Shown: positions 43,443-55,600 of the stretch, one piece after another
Layout: each line of letters opens with the position of its first letter
Numbering within the stretch: the stretch's first letter is position 1
Source: Tortispora ganteri
Taxonomy: Eukaryota
Length of the DNA: 64,000 nucleotides
Assembly: GCA_003707115.1 (NCBI GenBank)
Contig: PPNB01000001.1
Location: 124,001 to 188,000, forward strand
Direction: 5' to 3'
Translations under genes and position numbers: made by a program
The notes under the pieces: model-generated
What the model saw: only the letters and a program-made list of their open reading frames with translations
What the model was told of the DNA's origin: nothing
The model's database searches: none

Positions 43443-43582
43443 GTAATTGAACTTTACAGGCCGTGCATGTTATCGTGCGCCAGTATTCGGGAGAGATACC
43501 GCTAAATATTTATATACAATAATCAGGAACCGTTCTGCCTGCTCCAAGGTTTTACGGACGATTACAGACCAGGTAGGCAGAT

Positions 43583-44152
43583 ATGCCAGAACCAGAGTCT
43601 TTAACGACCCCGTTTAGGTTTGGTGAGGTGCAGCCAAACCTGTATAGGGGGTCATACCCGCAGCCAGTGAACCTGAGGTTTATGAAAAGATTGAGATTGA
43701 CAACCATACTCAGTCTTACACCTAATGAACCAGCTGACTATATTCAACAATTTGCGCTAGAAAATGGAATTAATATTATTCACCTGCCTGTACAGGCTGC
43801 AGGCAAATCGAAGAAGAGTGGGGTGTCTATGACACATGATCAAGTCAGGAGAGCAATCGAGATACTATTCGATCAGGACCATGCACCTCTATACCTGCAT
43901 TGCTTGAACGGAAGCGAAATAACGAGCATTGTGGTAGCTTGTTTAAGAAAGATGTCATTCTGGAGCTCTTCATCTACATTTGCAGAGTTTCAGGTTTATT
44001 GTCCTACATCAACAGCGCACCACAGGTTCGTAGAAGACTTTCCGATCGACATAGAAATGCCAAAGCATCCAGTTTCGTGGATGTGGAAGGGCCTGTCAAA
44101 ACAAGGAGTTGTGAATCATGTACTGCATAAAAAACTACGAAATGATAGCTAA
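43583..44152 (+). CDS. OCA6: Siw14/Oca-family tyrosine-phosphatase-like protein
   Basis: TPFRFGEVQPNLYRGSYP and PLYLHCLNG..ITSIVVACLRK; the CX5R Arg is absent, as in Oca6. Confidence 0.75.
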   Translation: MPEPESLTTPFRFGEVQPNLYRGSYPQPVNLRFMKRLRLTTILSLTPNEPADYIQQFALENGINIIHLPVQAAGKSKKSGVSMTHDQVRRAIEILFDQDHAPLYLHCLNGSEITSIVVACLRKMSFWSSSSTFAEFQVYCPTSTAHHRFVEDFPIDIEMPKHPVSWMWKGLSKQGVVNHVLHKKLRNDS

Positions 44153-44304
44153 ATCAGCTGACAATTTATCAGAACAGTCAGATCAGATTGTTGTACAAAT
44201 TATGACTAGCATGCAAGGTTGCGACGTGCCAGTCTACTCCAGTCAAACACTTATACGGGTGGTGGCACTTGGGAGGTTCGCCGAGGAAGACAACTTTTTC
44301 CACA

Positions 44305-45084
44305 ATGAGAGCTATAACAGGAAGATTAATAACTAAGCGATGTATGTCTATAAAGGCAGGAGCTATTTTAAGTCGAATGCCAGTAATAACCAAGGAATTA
44401 GATGAATTTGAGAAATCGTATTATAACTATACCAACGAGTTGGAGAAGCGACTCATGTGGACGTTCCCACAAAAATTCTTCTTCAGGCCGGATTCATTGG
44501 CCGAACGAGATTTTGAAGAACTGCAAATTCGTCCAACTGGTGCGGAAAAATTAGTTTATTATCCTTTCGGCAGGCCGGACGTGGTAGAAGGTCGCGACAG
44601 AAACTCCAAGCAAGATATCCGTTTGCCTACACCGTCATACGATCCCGAAGATAAGTCTTCGATGTCAAGACCCATTGAACCTAACCCCAGAATCACAGAC
44701 GCTGACAAGAATAAAAACTTGAAGTCTCTGGAGAGGGCTTTGGATAGAGCTCTTTACCTGGTAGTCAAAGAGAAAAGCTCAAGTTCATGGGTATTTCCTA
44801 CTTTTAGCATCAGCGAAGACATCGCTTTGCATACTGCCGCCGAGGAAGGACTGTTTGCTACTGGTGGACCTGACATGAACATCTGGACTGTCTCTAACAC
44901 GCCAGCCCTTGTTCAAAAGCTGTCAGAAAAGAGAGTGTATTATATCAAGTCTCATATTCTCGCGGGATCTTTCAATCTGTCGCGTTCTACAGACTATACT
45001 GATTTCATGTGGCTTTCTTCGGCGGAGATACCGGAACATGTGTCCTCAGATTTATGGAACTGTGTAAATAAAGTACTCAATTAA
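44305..45084 (+). CDS. MRPL17: Mitochondrial ribosomal protein mL46
   Basis: Basic presequence, IKAGAILSRMP, RLMWTFP, PRITDADK..LKSLERAL and MNIWTVSNTP. Confidence 0.85.
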   Translation: MRAITGRLITKRCMSIKAGAILSRMPVITKELDEFEKSYYNYTNELEKRLMWTFPQKFFFRPDSLAERDFEELQIRPTGAEKLVYYPFGRPDVVEGRDRNSKQDIRLPTPSYDPEDKSSMSRPIEPNPRITDADKNKNLKSLERALDRALYLVVKEKSSSSWVFPTFSISEDIALHTAAEEGLFATGGPDMNIWTVSNTPALVQKLSEKRVYYIKSHILAGSFNLSRSTDYTDFMWLSSAEIPEHVSSDLWNCVNKVLN

Positions 45085-45281
45085 TGACTTCTAAATATAC
45101 AAATATACTTCTATGTAAATGTAAGCATGCTCAATGAATTATAGCGAATCCTCATTTACAGCTTTAGTCGTTCTACTACCCACCAGCCAATGGGAAACCG
45201 AAGCAGGCTGGTGCCTATAGGTTACGTGTACTACTCTACCCCATCCTTCTTCCGCACTACCATAGACAAACGACAACCTGC

Positions 45282-48200
45282 ATGACTTCGCACAGCAGAA
45301 CGCGTTCTGGTGCTCATTGGACCAATAATGAAGATCCGTTTAGCAGTCCATTTGATGACACTGACAATACGCTAAACCAGTACGATTCGTACCTTGATCC
45401 AATTGGGCAGTCCTCTTTCGATGATTCGTCCATACACGAAAATGTCGCATACTCTACTCATCCTCCTTCTCGATTTTCAAAATTCGTTTCAGCAACTCGT
45501 CATAGACTAGGAATGGCGCCAAAATACGAAGGCGTGGACATACCGTTAGCTATTACTGGCGCTAAACCAGACGACGAAACAAATACGACTGCTGGCGTCA
45601 CGCATGATGTACTCGGACCTGAAGCTATACAAACTCGTCAGGTGCCACTTTCTGAGCAAGAGAGTGAACCAAAACAAGATTTTGATATAATCAGCTGGTG
45701 GCGCCGGATGAGACATAAGGAAGGTCCTGCTCACCACGCTTTAGGTTCAAGGACAGTGCATCTCAATGATCCTGTTGCAAATCGCCTTCTCAGCTACCGC
45801 GCTAACAACATTAGTACTACAAAATACAATATAGGCACTTTCTTGCCTAAATTTTTAATTGAACAGTTCTCAAAATACGCAAATATGTTCTTCCTTATCA
45901 CTGCCATTATACAACAGGTTCCTAACGTCACTCCTTTCAATCGTTACACAACAATTGGAACCCTCATGGTTGTCCTTATAGTCTCTGCCATAAAAGAACT
46001 GACAGAAGACTTCAAAAGAAGAAAATCAGATAGGGAGTTAAATCATTCTAGAGTGTTACGTTTGCAGAACGGAGTATTCGAAGAATGCGCCTGGATCGAC
46101 ATCGCCGTCGGTGACATAATCAAAGTTGAATCTGGCGACCCCTTTCCTGCCGACGTTATATTGCTAGCATCCTCTGAACCCGAAGGTTTATGCTACGTAG
46201 AAACATCGAATCTAGATGGCGAAACTAATCTAAAGATAAAGCAGGCCCATCCTGACACTGGTGATCTGATCAATCCTTCTTCATTGGCAGAACTGAAGGG
46301 ACAACTACTTTCTGAGCATCCGAATAGTAGTCTCTACACCTACGAAGGTACCCTGAAACTTGAAATGGGATCAATAAAGAAAAATATACCACTCACGCCA
46401 AATCAAATGCTTCTTCGTGGGGCTAATTTGCGGAACACGAGGTGGGTCTATGGACTGGTGGTATTCACGGGTCATGAAACAAAGCTCTTACGAAACGCTA
46501 CAGCCTCCCCTATTAAGAGGACAGCCGTAGAGCATATGCTGAATAAGCAAATTATTATTCTTTTTATCTTGCTAATATTATTGGCGCTAATATCGTCTCT
46601 TGGTAACGTTATCACAGAGGTAACGTCCGGAACAAAGCTGACCTACTTATACCTTGCAAATGTCAACTACGCCAGTGTATTCTTTAAGAATATTTTAACA
46701 TATTGGGTCCTATTTTCTGCGATGATCCCTATCTCTCTATTTGTGACTTTGGAACTTGTGCGATACTATCAAGCGTATCTTATCAGTTCAGATCTAGATA
46801 TCTACTACGAGGAACAGGATATTGCTACTGTTTGCCGTACATCGAGTTTGGTAGAGGAACTTGGACAAGTAGGCTTTATATTCTCAGACAAAACTGGTAC
46901 TCTTACATGTAACGTTATGGAGTTCAAAGCCTGTTCCATTGCTGGCATTTGTTACATGTATGATATACCCGAGGACAAACGGCACCATGCAGACGATGAC
47001 ATGTCAACTGGTGCCTTCAAATTTTCTGTCCTGCTTGAAAAACTTAACGCTAACAATGAGGAAAGTAAACTTCTGAACGATTTTTTATTACATCTGGCCT
47101 CATGCCATACCGTTATCCCTGAAGTCGATGAAGAGAATCCGAACAAAATAAAATACCAAGCGGCTTCACCTGATGAGGGAGCTCTTGTGGAAGGTGCAGC
47201 CAAGCTTGGATACAAGTTTATCGGACGCACACCCAAAGCAATCATTATTGAGAATGACGGAATGGAAGCAAGTATAGAGTTGCTCAATGTCTGCGAGTTC
47301 AACTCTACAAGAAAGAGAATGTCTACAATTTTCAGATTTCCTGACGGAACCATTAGACTTTTTTGTAAGGGGGCTGATACGGTCATATTTGAGAGGCTCG
47401 CTGAAAATAGTCCGCATATTACTGCTACTACCAAGCATCTCGAAGAGTTTGCGGTTGAAGGCTTGAGAACGCTGTGTATTGCCTACAGAAATATTCCTGA
47501 AGATGAGTATCAAAGATGGGCAGCTATATACGACGAAGCGGCAACATCAATGACAGATAGACAGGAGAAATTGGAAGCGGCTGCAGAATTGATTGAGAAA
47601 GATCTATGCCTGTTAGGGGCAACTGCCATTGAAGACAAACTGCAAGATGGTGTGCCAGACACAATACACAATTTGCAGCAAGCTGGAATTCGTATATGGG
47701 TACTCACAGGGGATAGACAGGAAACAGCTATTAATATAGGGATGAGTTGTAAACTATTAGCAGAGGATATGAACCTGCTAATTGTCAACGAAGAGACCAG
47801 GGAGGATACAGTCTCTAATATAGAGCAAAAACTAGAAGCTATCAATTCACAAAACATTGGTGAGGCAGATATTGATTCTTTGGCGTTGGTGATTGACGGC
47901 GTTTCTCTTGGCTTTGCTTTAGAAAGGGCTTCTGAGAAGAAATTTTTGGAACTGGCTTGCAAATGCAAGGCAGTTATTTGCTGTCGCGTATCCCCACTAC
48001 AAAAATCACTAGTTGTGCGACTGGTGAAACGACACTTAACGTCCATTCTCTTGGCTATTGGTGATGGTGCTAACGATGTGAGCATGATTCAAGCTGCGCA
48101 TGTCGGTGTTGGAATTAGTGGTATGGAAGGAACCCAAGCTGCGCGAAGTGCAGATATTGCCATCGGTCAATTCAGATATTTGGAGAAATTGCTTCTTGTT

Positions 48201-49178
48201 CATGGCTTGTGGAATTACAATAGAACCAGCAAGGTTATATTGTACTCTTTCTACAAAAATGTTGCAATAAATACGACTCAGTTTTTTTTTGGCTTTATCA
48301 ATGTTTTCTCTGGCCAGACTATGTATGAATCATGGACTCTAACTATGTTCAATGTCGTCTTCACTATTTTGCCGCCATTTGCGCTCGGTGTTTTTGACCA
48401 GTTTGTTAGCGCTAGGCTGCTAGTGAGATACCCGCAACTTTATAGATTAGGCCAGCGAAACGTATTTTTCAATACAAGTGCATTTTCTGGATGGGTTCTC
48501 AATGGGATCTACCATGGAGCGCTGATTTTTGGACTCTCTGTGGCTGCCTACAAGGGAAACCTTGCATTAGGCAGTGGTAAGGCCGCTGACATGTGGGTAT
48601 GGGGAACAGCTGCCTACACGGCGGGCATTTTAACTGTGCTTAGCAAGGCTGCACTTATTACTAGTACATGGACGAAAATTACGGTGGTGGCTATTCCAGG
48701 ATCATTTGCTCTATGGCTGCTAATCTTGCCTTTATACGCTTGGCTTGCACCCCTTACAGGTGTTGCCAAAATCTTTGAAGGTATACTTCCGCAATTATAT
48801 GGCTCTTTGACCTTTTGGGCTCTAATTTTTCTCATTCCTATTATATGCCTGATACGGGATATAGCTTGGAAATACTATCATCGCATGTATTTGCCTTCGA
48901 GCTATCATTTTGTGCAAGAGATACAGAAGTACAACATCGCCGACTATAGGCCACGGATGCAGCAATTCCAGAAGGCGATCAGGAAGGTTCGACAAGTACA
49001 GAGAATGAGGAAGCAGCGGGGATTTGCATTCTCTCAAGTTGAAGAAGGCCAGACACAGATTGTTCGTGCCTATGACACCACTATAGCTAGAGGACTATTA
49101 GGTGAGACAGTTGATCACGATGTCGCGCAAACTGCTAAATCTGTTACGTCAGAATCAGAAAATCCTTATATATTTTGA
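45282..49178 (+). CDS. DRS2: P4-ATPase phospholipid flippase
   Basis: QQ motif, DGET, PISL, DKTGT, GDGAND and the C-terminal GFAFS autoinhibitory motif. Confidence 0.95.
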   Translation: MTSHSRTRSGAHWTNNEDPFSSPFDDTDNTLNQYDSYLDPIGQSSFDDSSIHENVAYSTHPPSRFSKFVSATRHRLGMAPKYEGVDIPLAITGAKPDDETNTTAGVTHDVLGPEAIQTRQVPLSEQESEPKQDFDIISWWRRMRHKEGPAHHALGSRTVHLNDPVANRLLSYRANNISTTKYNIGTFLPKFLIEQFSKYANMFFLITAIIQQVPNVTPFNRYTTIGTLMVVLIVSAIKELTEDFKRRKSDRELNHSRVLRLQNGVFEECAWIDIAVGDIIKVESGDPFPADVILLASSEPEGLCYVETSNLDGETNLKIKQAHPDTGDLINPSSLAELKGQLLSEHPNSSLYTYEGTLKLEMGSIKKNIPLTPNQMLLRGANLRNTRWVYGLVVFTGHETKLLRNATASPIKRTAVEHMLNKQIIILFILLILLALISSLGNVITEVTSGTKLTYLYLANVNYASVFFKNILTYWVLFSAMIPISLFVTLELVRYYQAYLISSDLDIYYEEQDIATVCRTSSLVEELGQVGFIFSDKTGTLTCNVMEFKACSIAGICYMYDIPEDKRHHADDDMSTGAFKFSVLLEKLNANNEESKLLNDFLLHLASCHTVIPEVDEENPNKIKYQAASPDEGALVEGAAKLGYKFIGRTPKAIIIENDGMEASIELLNVCEFNSTRKRMSTIFRFPDGTIRLFCKGADTVIFERLAENSPHITATTKHLEEFAVEGLRTLCIAYRNIPEDEYQRWAAIYDEAATSMTDRQEKLEAAAELIEKDLCLLGATAIEDKLQDGVPDTIHNLQQAGIRIWVLTGDRQETAINIGMSCKLLAEDMNLLIVNEETREDTVSNIEQKLEAINSQNIGEADIDSLALVIDGVSLGFALERASEKKFLELACKCKAVICCRVSPLQKSLVVRLVKRHLTSILLAIGDGANDVSMIQAAHVGVGISGMEGTQAARSADIAIGQFRYLEKLLLVHGLWNYNRTSKVILYSFYKNVAINTTQFFFGFINVFSGQTMYESWTLTMFNVVFTILPPFALGVFDQFVSARLLVRYPQLYRLGQRNVFFNTSAFSGWVLNGIYHGALIFGLSVAAYKGNLALGSGKAADMWVWGTAAYTAGILTVLSKAALITSTWTKITVVAIPGSFALWLLILPLYAWLAPLTGVAKIFEGILPQLYGSLTFWALIFLIPIICLIRDIAWKYYHRMYLPSSYHFVQEIQKYNIADYRPRMQQFQKAIRKVRQVQRMRKQRGFAFSQVEEGQTQIVRAYDTTIARGLLGETVDHDVAQTAKSVTSESENPYIF

Positions 49179-49363
49179 ATATTAAATATATAAATATACG
49201 AGAAAAAAACACCATGGAACCATGACAATTATAGCGATTATTATATAAAGTTGCTTAATAAGATCACAGAGAAAGCTTAAATAGCGAGCAAGCGGGTCTC
49301 GGTTTCCTGTACGTATCTAACCATAGACTAATATTTATTAACAGTTCGAAAGACGAATCGATT

Positions 49364-50677
49364 ATGGCTCCAAAGGAACTTCGTCGTGTAGTTGTTACAG
49401 GGTTAGGAGCGGTGAGCCCTTTAGGTCTTGGAGCCAAGCAGAATTTTGAGCAGGTAATTAAGGGGAAGTCAGCAATTCAAAGCGCGATTAATGTATACAG
49501 AGACTCAGAGTCGTTACCGTGTAAGTCGGTGGGATTGGTGAAAAAAAGTACAGAAAAAGAGTATGGTTCATTTAAAGATTCAGGAGTATTTCATGCCTCT
49601 GAATGGTGTGAACCTTTTACACGTAGAATGAGCAAATCTGCTAGTTACGCGATGTGTGCTGCAACCCAGGCTTTAGAGGACGCACAATGGTTACCATCGA
49701 CAGACAAAGACAAAGAAAACACTGGTATATGCTTTGGTTCTGGATTTGGCGGATTTGAAGAGATTGTCGACACCGCAGCAGCATATGAGCACCGCGGTTA
49801 CCGCGGTGTGCAGCCAGGATTGGTGACAAAAGCGTTTCCAAATATGGCGGCTGGTTATATCACTATCAAATACAGTTTAAGTGGACCTAATCATTGTGCT
49901 TCTACCGCATGCACTGCTGGCACTCATTCTATAGGTGATGCTGCACGTTTTATTCAATATGGTGACGCTGATGTAATGATCGCAGGAGCAGCGGAGGCAC
50001 CTATAAGCTACCTTTCGATCGCAGGTTTCTGTCGGGTCAAAGCGCTATCCACTCTGCCTCCAGAAATTGCTAGCAGACCGTTCCATAAAGACAGGGCCGG
50101 ATTTGTCATGGGTGAAGGAGCAGCTGCCCTAGTTTTGGAAGAGCTGGAGCACGCTAAAGCTAGAGGTGCCCACATATATGCCGAAGTTCTTGGATACGGG
50201 CTATCTGCCGACGGCGTTCACGAGACCAGACCGACGCCAGATGGATCAGGTGCTCAAAAGTGCATGTCACGCGCGATAAAGGATGCCGCAATCGATCCGA
50301 AGGATATCGATTATGTAAATGCACATGCCACATCCACACCAGTTGGTGATCTCGCTGAGGCTAGAGCAATTAAGGCCGTTTTGAGCGGCGGCAACGACCG
50401 CGATTGTGACCTCAGTACATCGGTATCCAGCACGAAAGGGTTTACAGGCCACCTTCTCGGAGCTGCTGGTGCGATTGAAGGGCTGCTGTCGGTTTTGGCG
50501 ATCAGTGAGGGTCGTGTACTGCCGAACTACGCATTAGACAAGATCGATGAGGAGATTCGGCAGACTGGGCTTGATTTCCCCACGGAATCAGCAGCCAAAG
50601 CGATACAGTATACGATATCGAACAGTTTTGGGTTCGGTGGTACTAACGCATCGCTTGTTTTTGGTAAATATGACTGA
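49364..50677 (+). CDS. CEM1: Mitochondrial beta-ketoacyl-ACP synthase
   Basis: RRVVVTGLG, STACTAG, NAHATST, GHLLGAAG and NSFGFGGTN. Confidence 0.9.
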   Translation: MAPKELRRVVVTGLGAVSPLGLGAKQNFEQVIKGKSAIQSAINVYRDSESLPCKSVGLVKKSTEKEYGSFKDSGVFHASEWCEPFTRRMSKSASYAMCAATQALEDAQWLPSTDKDKENTGICFGSGFGGFEEIVDTAAAYEHRGYRGVQPGLVTKAFPNMAAGYITIKYSLSGPNHCASTACTAGTHSIGDAARFIQYGDADVMIAGAAEAPISYLSIAGFCRVKALSTLPPEIASRPFHKDRAGFVMGEGAAALVLEELEHAKARGAHIYAEVLGYGLSADGVHETRPTPDGSGAQKCMSRAIKDAAIDPKDIDYVNAHATSTPVGDLAEARAIKAVLSGGNDRDCDLSTSVSSTKGFTGHLLGAAGAIEGLLSVLAISEGRVLPNYALDKIDEEIRQTGLDFPTESAAKAIQYTISNSFGFGGTNASLVFGKYD

Positions 50678-50873
50678 TAATAGAGAATCCATGTATATAT
50701 ATAATGAAATAATGTATTGTTTGCCTGCTTTTAAGTTTTCACCTCCCCCACAAAAATACTGACATTTCAGCCAATCCGCCGCAACCGCTGGGAATGGACT
50801 ACATCCTTCCGCCGCTCCCCCACCCAAACTTGTATAGAAACATTTTAAGCCATTTCAACCTCGGCTGCCGGTT

Positions 50874-52013
50874 ATGGATATATCAGACTCCGATGCTCCA
50901 AGAACGCCGATAAAAGGCGATATTGAGTACTTACGTGATAACAATGACACTCCAAAGATACCTCTTTCTATGTCCATCTCGTCGGATTTGATCAGTTTGA
51001 CTGGATCAACCGGTGATCTATATCAAGAAGCCACCGCGCTCAAGTATAGAAACGCGGCAAATATGTTTATAAACCACCAAATATCCGACGCTTTTGTGGA
51101 ATCTCTATCACTTTTGGAAGTGCAAAGGCAGGAAATTAGATCACAGACTTGGAATAAGATATGGAGTCTTTATTTTGCCGTTTTGGATGCTATTTGCAAG
51201 ACCAATGGTACTATTGCGGATTCTGAAGACGTATCACCTGAATTGGCTCAAATGCTGACCAGTGCATATGAAAGTGCAAAATCTGGAACTGTATGGATAC
51301 GCGTGACCGATGCAAATGGCGGCGTAGCGCACATACCCCCTGCTATAATGTCTACATTGCTCATGCTGCTGCTCAAGCATATGTCCTCAATCACCTCTCT
51401 GAAGACATGGACAGAGGACTACTTGAATACTTACGTTCCTGCTGATCCCAGAAATGTGTCTGACAGCTACTTGAAGGTCTGTCGCTTGTATGTATTTCAC
51501 ATCCTCGCGGGTCTTGGCGAGTGGAATCTTGCTTCTCAGTTTATAAACGAGTCTCCCGCATTCGAACACGAAGATCGCACAGCTCTTCTCAAAACACTTG
51601 AATCACGGAAGGAAGCTATTCGACTTGAAAGGGTTGAAGAAGCTCGGCGTGCCAGAAAAGCAGTAGAACGATCTGCTAGCCCCCGATCAGTAACAAGTAG
51701 GCGGTCTCGAGGAAGCCCAGATGTCGCTAGACGTGTCATATCAGGACCGGGGAAATCGCCTACAAAGAAGACTCATGAGTCTGAAAAGTCTACTAACTGG
51801 TCTATCAAAGAGTTAATGAAGATTAGGGTATCTGGTATATGGTCGTCTATCATGAATAATTCTCCTTTACTGAGGTTTTTTATATCGCTGTTGCTGTTCA
51901 TCGTTATTTTGAGCAGACCAGCAGTCAGAGCTAGACTCGTTCCTATTTTTCAAACCATTCGAAATAAACTTATGACCACATTTGGAATGGCCGTAAAAGT
52001 TTCTTATATTTAA
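50874..52013 (+). CDS. PEX26: Peroxin Pex26-like tail-anchored protein
   Basis: KIWSLYFAVL, LYVFHIL..GEWNLA and a C-terminal TM followed by GMAVKVSYI, resembling fungal Pex26. Confidence 0.65.
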   Translation: MDISDSDAPRTPIKGDIEYLRDNNDTPKIPLSMSISSDLISLTGSTGDLYQEATALKYRNAANMFINHQISDAFVESLSLLEVQRQEIRSQTWNKIWSLYFAVLDAICKTNGTIADSEDVSPELAQMLTSAYESAKSGTVWIRVTDANGGVAHIPPAIMSTLLMLLLKHMSSITSLKTWTEDYLNTYVPADPRNVSDSYLKVCRLYVFHILAGLGEWNLASQFINESPAFEHEDRTALLKTLESRKEAIRLERVEEARRARKAVERSASPRSVTSRRSRGSPDVARRVISGPGKSPTKKTHESEKSTNWSIKELMKIRVSGIWSSIMNNSPLLRFFISLLLFIVILSRPAVRARLVPIFQTIRNKLMTTFGMAVKVSYI

Positions 52014-52071
52014 CGCATCAGCTCTACGGATTGACGATTCTATAACATGCATGTATAATCAGTAGTGCAAC

Positions 52072-52530
52072 TGTTTGAATACCTAGATTAGTATATTGTA
52101 GCTTATGATTTGAGCACAACGAAAGAAATTACGGGTATGGGTGTGATGTATTATAAAGAGGGAAACCTTGAGCTGTAATGAAGTCTGGGCTGAAACCCTC
52201 TTGATCGTACGTTATTTAAATAACGTAAGATGAGTTGGTGAGATAGATGTCTAGATCTGCTCTGTGCGATTGTGTGATTCTGTTACTTAGACTGACCTGA
52301 TCAGGGACGATTTTGACGTCTATCTATAATGTTAGTAGGTATGTAGGGTTACGCCACTTCACTTTTAATCAGAGAATCCTTTAGATTCTCTACTGTACGT
52401 TATGGAAGAGCTCAGAAGTATGTTGTTATAGATCAGCAGGTTCAACTTTCATTTCAGAAGGTCAGGTAAAATAATACTAGTACTGGATTCACGATTTGCA
52501 ACTTGTGCCCTTGAGAACCGTCTTCCAGCA
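52072..52530 (-). repeat. LTR copy A (3' LTR, 459 bp)
   Basis: TG...CA ends, adjacent PPT, and alignment by eye to 56353-56769 and (inverted) 56777-57282. Confidence 0.85.
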
Positions 52531-52660
52531 CTCCCTCTCTAGATAACACTATTGCTTCTGATAACAACAACAGAATAGTTTATATTGAATGTACTTGAGA
52601 AATGTATAATAACGGATCTCATAATCGTTTATGGGTTATTAGATTCCATTACCACGGGAA

Positions 52661-55600
52661 TCACTTATTTGATCCAGTAAGAAGTTTGCACAAATGATCG
52701 AAGTGTTCATGTCGTGGCAGTGCTTCTGTCAATACGTCGGCGAGTTGGAGCTCTGATTCAATATAGTGCAATTTGACGTCTTTCTGTTGCACGAATTCTC
52801 GAATAGTGTAGACTTTCACATCAATGTGCTTCATCTTCGTACTAGTGAAGTCACCTTTAATTGCTGCAATGCAGGCTTGACTGTCTTCATAGAGTGCAAC
52901 GCCTTCAGGATGATGTATCCCTATTTCTGATAGCTTTCGTTTAAGAGAAACAGCTTCAACGGCGGCAGAACATAAAGCAATGTATTCTGCATGCTCTGTG
53001 GCTAGTGCAGAAACTTTTTGCTTGACTGAGGCCCATGCGACAGGACCGCCAGCTTGAAGTAAGACCCAGCCCGTAGTAGATTTGCAGTTCGTGCGATTTC
53101 GATAACTAGCGTCAGCATATCCATGTATGTGCTCATCGGCTCCATATTTGTAAAGTATGCCTAGGTCTTTAGTATGTTTGAGGTACTGGAAAACTTGTTT
53201 GACGGCGTTCCAGTGTGTTTTGGTTGGACATGTGGAGAAGGATGCAAGAGCATTCACAGAGAATGCTATATCAGGGCGAGTGAAATTTGCAAGAAACGCC
53301 AGCGTCCCTATTGCACTTTTGAATTCATTGAGATCCTCATTTGGTTGAGGTTTTGTGATGATGTCAAGTCCAACATCCATTGGAGTGTACTTTTCAGCAG
53401 CGTCAGTTAATTCGAATCTGGCTAGTGCTCGTTCTATGAAGGAACTTTGAGAGATATGAATACCTTCGTCGGTGTGTTTGACATTCAGGCTCAGGAACGA
53501 GGAGATGGGTTGTTGAATGGATGACGTATACTTGGAGTTCAGTTGCTGATGGAATTCAAGGATTAATTCCTCAGATTCTGCAGTAATTGCAATGTTGTCA
53601 ACATAGATCACAAGCATAATGTTCTTTTTGTAAAAGAAGCAATCATCATAGATGTTCTGGGTAAAGTCCAGACTTTTGATTGTTTCAACCAATGTTTCAT
53701 TCCAGCGTCTTGGTGCCTGTTTGAGACCAGATAGAGTTTTCTTAAGTTTGCAGACTCTATCTGTTCCGTCTTCAAACCCTTGGGGTTGTTTCATATATAC
53801 ATTTTCTTCCAGTTTAACATTGAGAAAGGCTGTCTCGACGTCTATTTGTGCTGTGTACCATTTTCTGGAGGCAGCAATTGCAAGGAGCATACGTACCATA
53901 GAGTATGAAGCCACACTTGCATAAACTTCATCGTAGTTCAGTCCTTTTATCTGCTGAAAACCTTTTGCAACGAGTCTAGCTTTGAATTTGTCAAAGACGC
54001 CTTCGGCTGTTTCTTTGACTCTGAAAACCCACATGTTATCAATTGGTTGGATACCAGGGGGGCATTTAACCAGTTCCCATGTCTCTTTTGCGATCAGGGA
54101 AGTTAATTCGCGGTTGCATGCATCGTTCCATTTTTCTCTAAGTATAGATTTTCGAGCTTGGAAGATGGACTTAGGGGGGTCTGTTACTTCCGGTAATAAA
54201 AGGTATTCATCGACTGCGACCTTGTTAGAAGCTGGATTTGAAGTGATCCCTTTCTGAGAGAAGCAGAGATTTATTAATTCGGTCGAAAATTTTCCAATTT
54301 TAGGCAGTGTGGACGCACGAATCATCAGAACTCCTTCTTCGTTGACTCTCCCTCGCTTTGGTGACGCGGGAGGAGATAAGCTGGTGGAGGATTCAGACAA
54401 CATTCGTTTATGCACCCTCGAACTTGAGATGTCTTTAGTGAACCAAGTTTTAGCAGGTGTAGCTGTATAGAAAATATTTCGGGGGGTAGCACTGGTGAAA
54501 AATTCCATGCCGGGGTAGACAGATTCAGAGAATTTGGCCAAGGTACCATGGAAGGGACGACCATCAGGAGAGATGAACAAGTAACCTTTCATGGTCTTGA
54601 GATAGCCAAGAAAGATACCAGGTACCACATGAAGACCAAACTTCGTTTTGTCCCGATTAGGAGTGGTAACATAGGCAAGGCATCCAAATGGATGGAGGAA
54701 ACCGGGATGTTGTTTCCGACCAAACATTGTTTCCAAAGGGGATTGATCATTAGGAAGATCAGCAAAGCTGAGCATGTTGTAAGTATCGCATACATATTTC
54801 AAGGCATCAGGCCAGAAAGTCTGAGATAAGCCAGAATCAAAGAATACTGTTCGGGTAGCATCAGTCATGGTTTGGATGGCACATTCAGCAAATCCGTCTT
54901 GCTGAGGAGTATAGGAAAATGAATTCTGAATTATACCGCCTTCGATGTTTACAAACTCACGTAGAGTGTGGTTGATGATTTCACTTCCATTGTCGGAACT
55001 AATGATCTGAAGGGGTTGTCCTGAGAGACGAATGCACGATTTTAACCAACCGACTAGCTTTTCAGAAAGATTAGCTTTGGTCGAGGATGGAAATACCTTA
55101 GTAAAGTGTGTATAATCATCTCTAATAAGAAGAAAATACCGTTCACCTTCACGTCCGATTAGTTTGCTTGGACCACAGGTATCAACATGGACAATACCAA
55201 GGGGTCTAGTAGCTCGATTCGGGGACGGAGTGAATGAATGTCGAATGCGTTTGCCTTTTTCGCACGAATCACATTTATGATTGGAAAGACGTGAATCGAT
55301 CTGAAGGTGTTTCAGAGTACGATTAACCAGAGCATCATTAAAGTGACCGTAGCGAGCATGCCAGTCTTTGCTGGACGCATTGGCTATTACCGCATAGGTG
55401 CCCGGACCAATAGAACGGCTAGGATCATTCGATGTCGACAAGGATAGAACGGGAAGACTTGACTCTGGGTCATAGCTCCCTCCAAAGGTAAAGCCACTTG
55501 GATAGGTTACTTTCCAAGATTCTTTGCTAAAAAAAACTCTGGCGCCATCCTGAGTCAGTCTGTTAACTGAGAGAATGTTGATATTTCCTAATTCAGGAAA

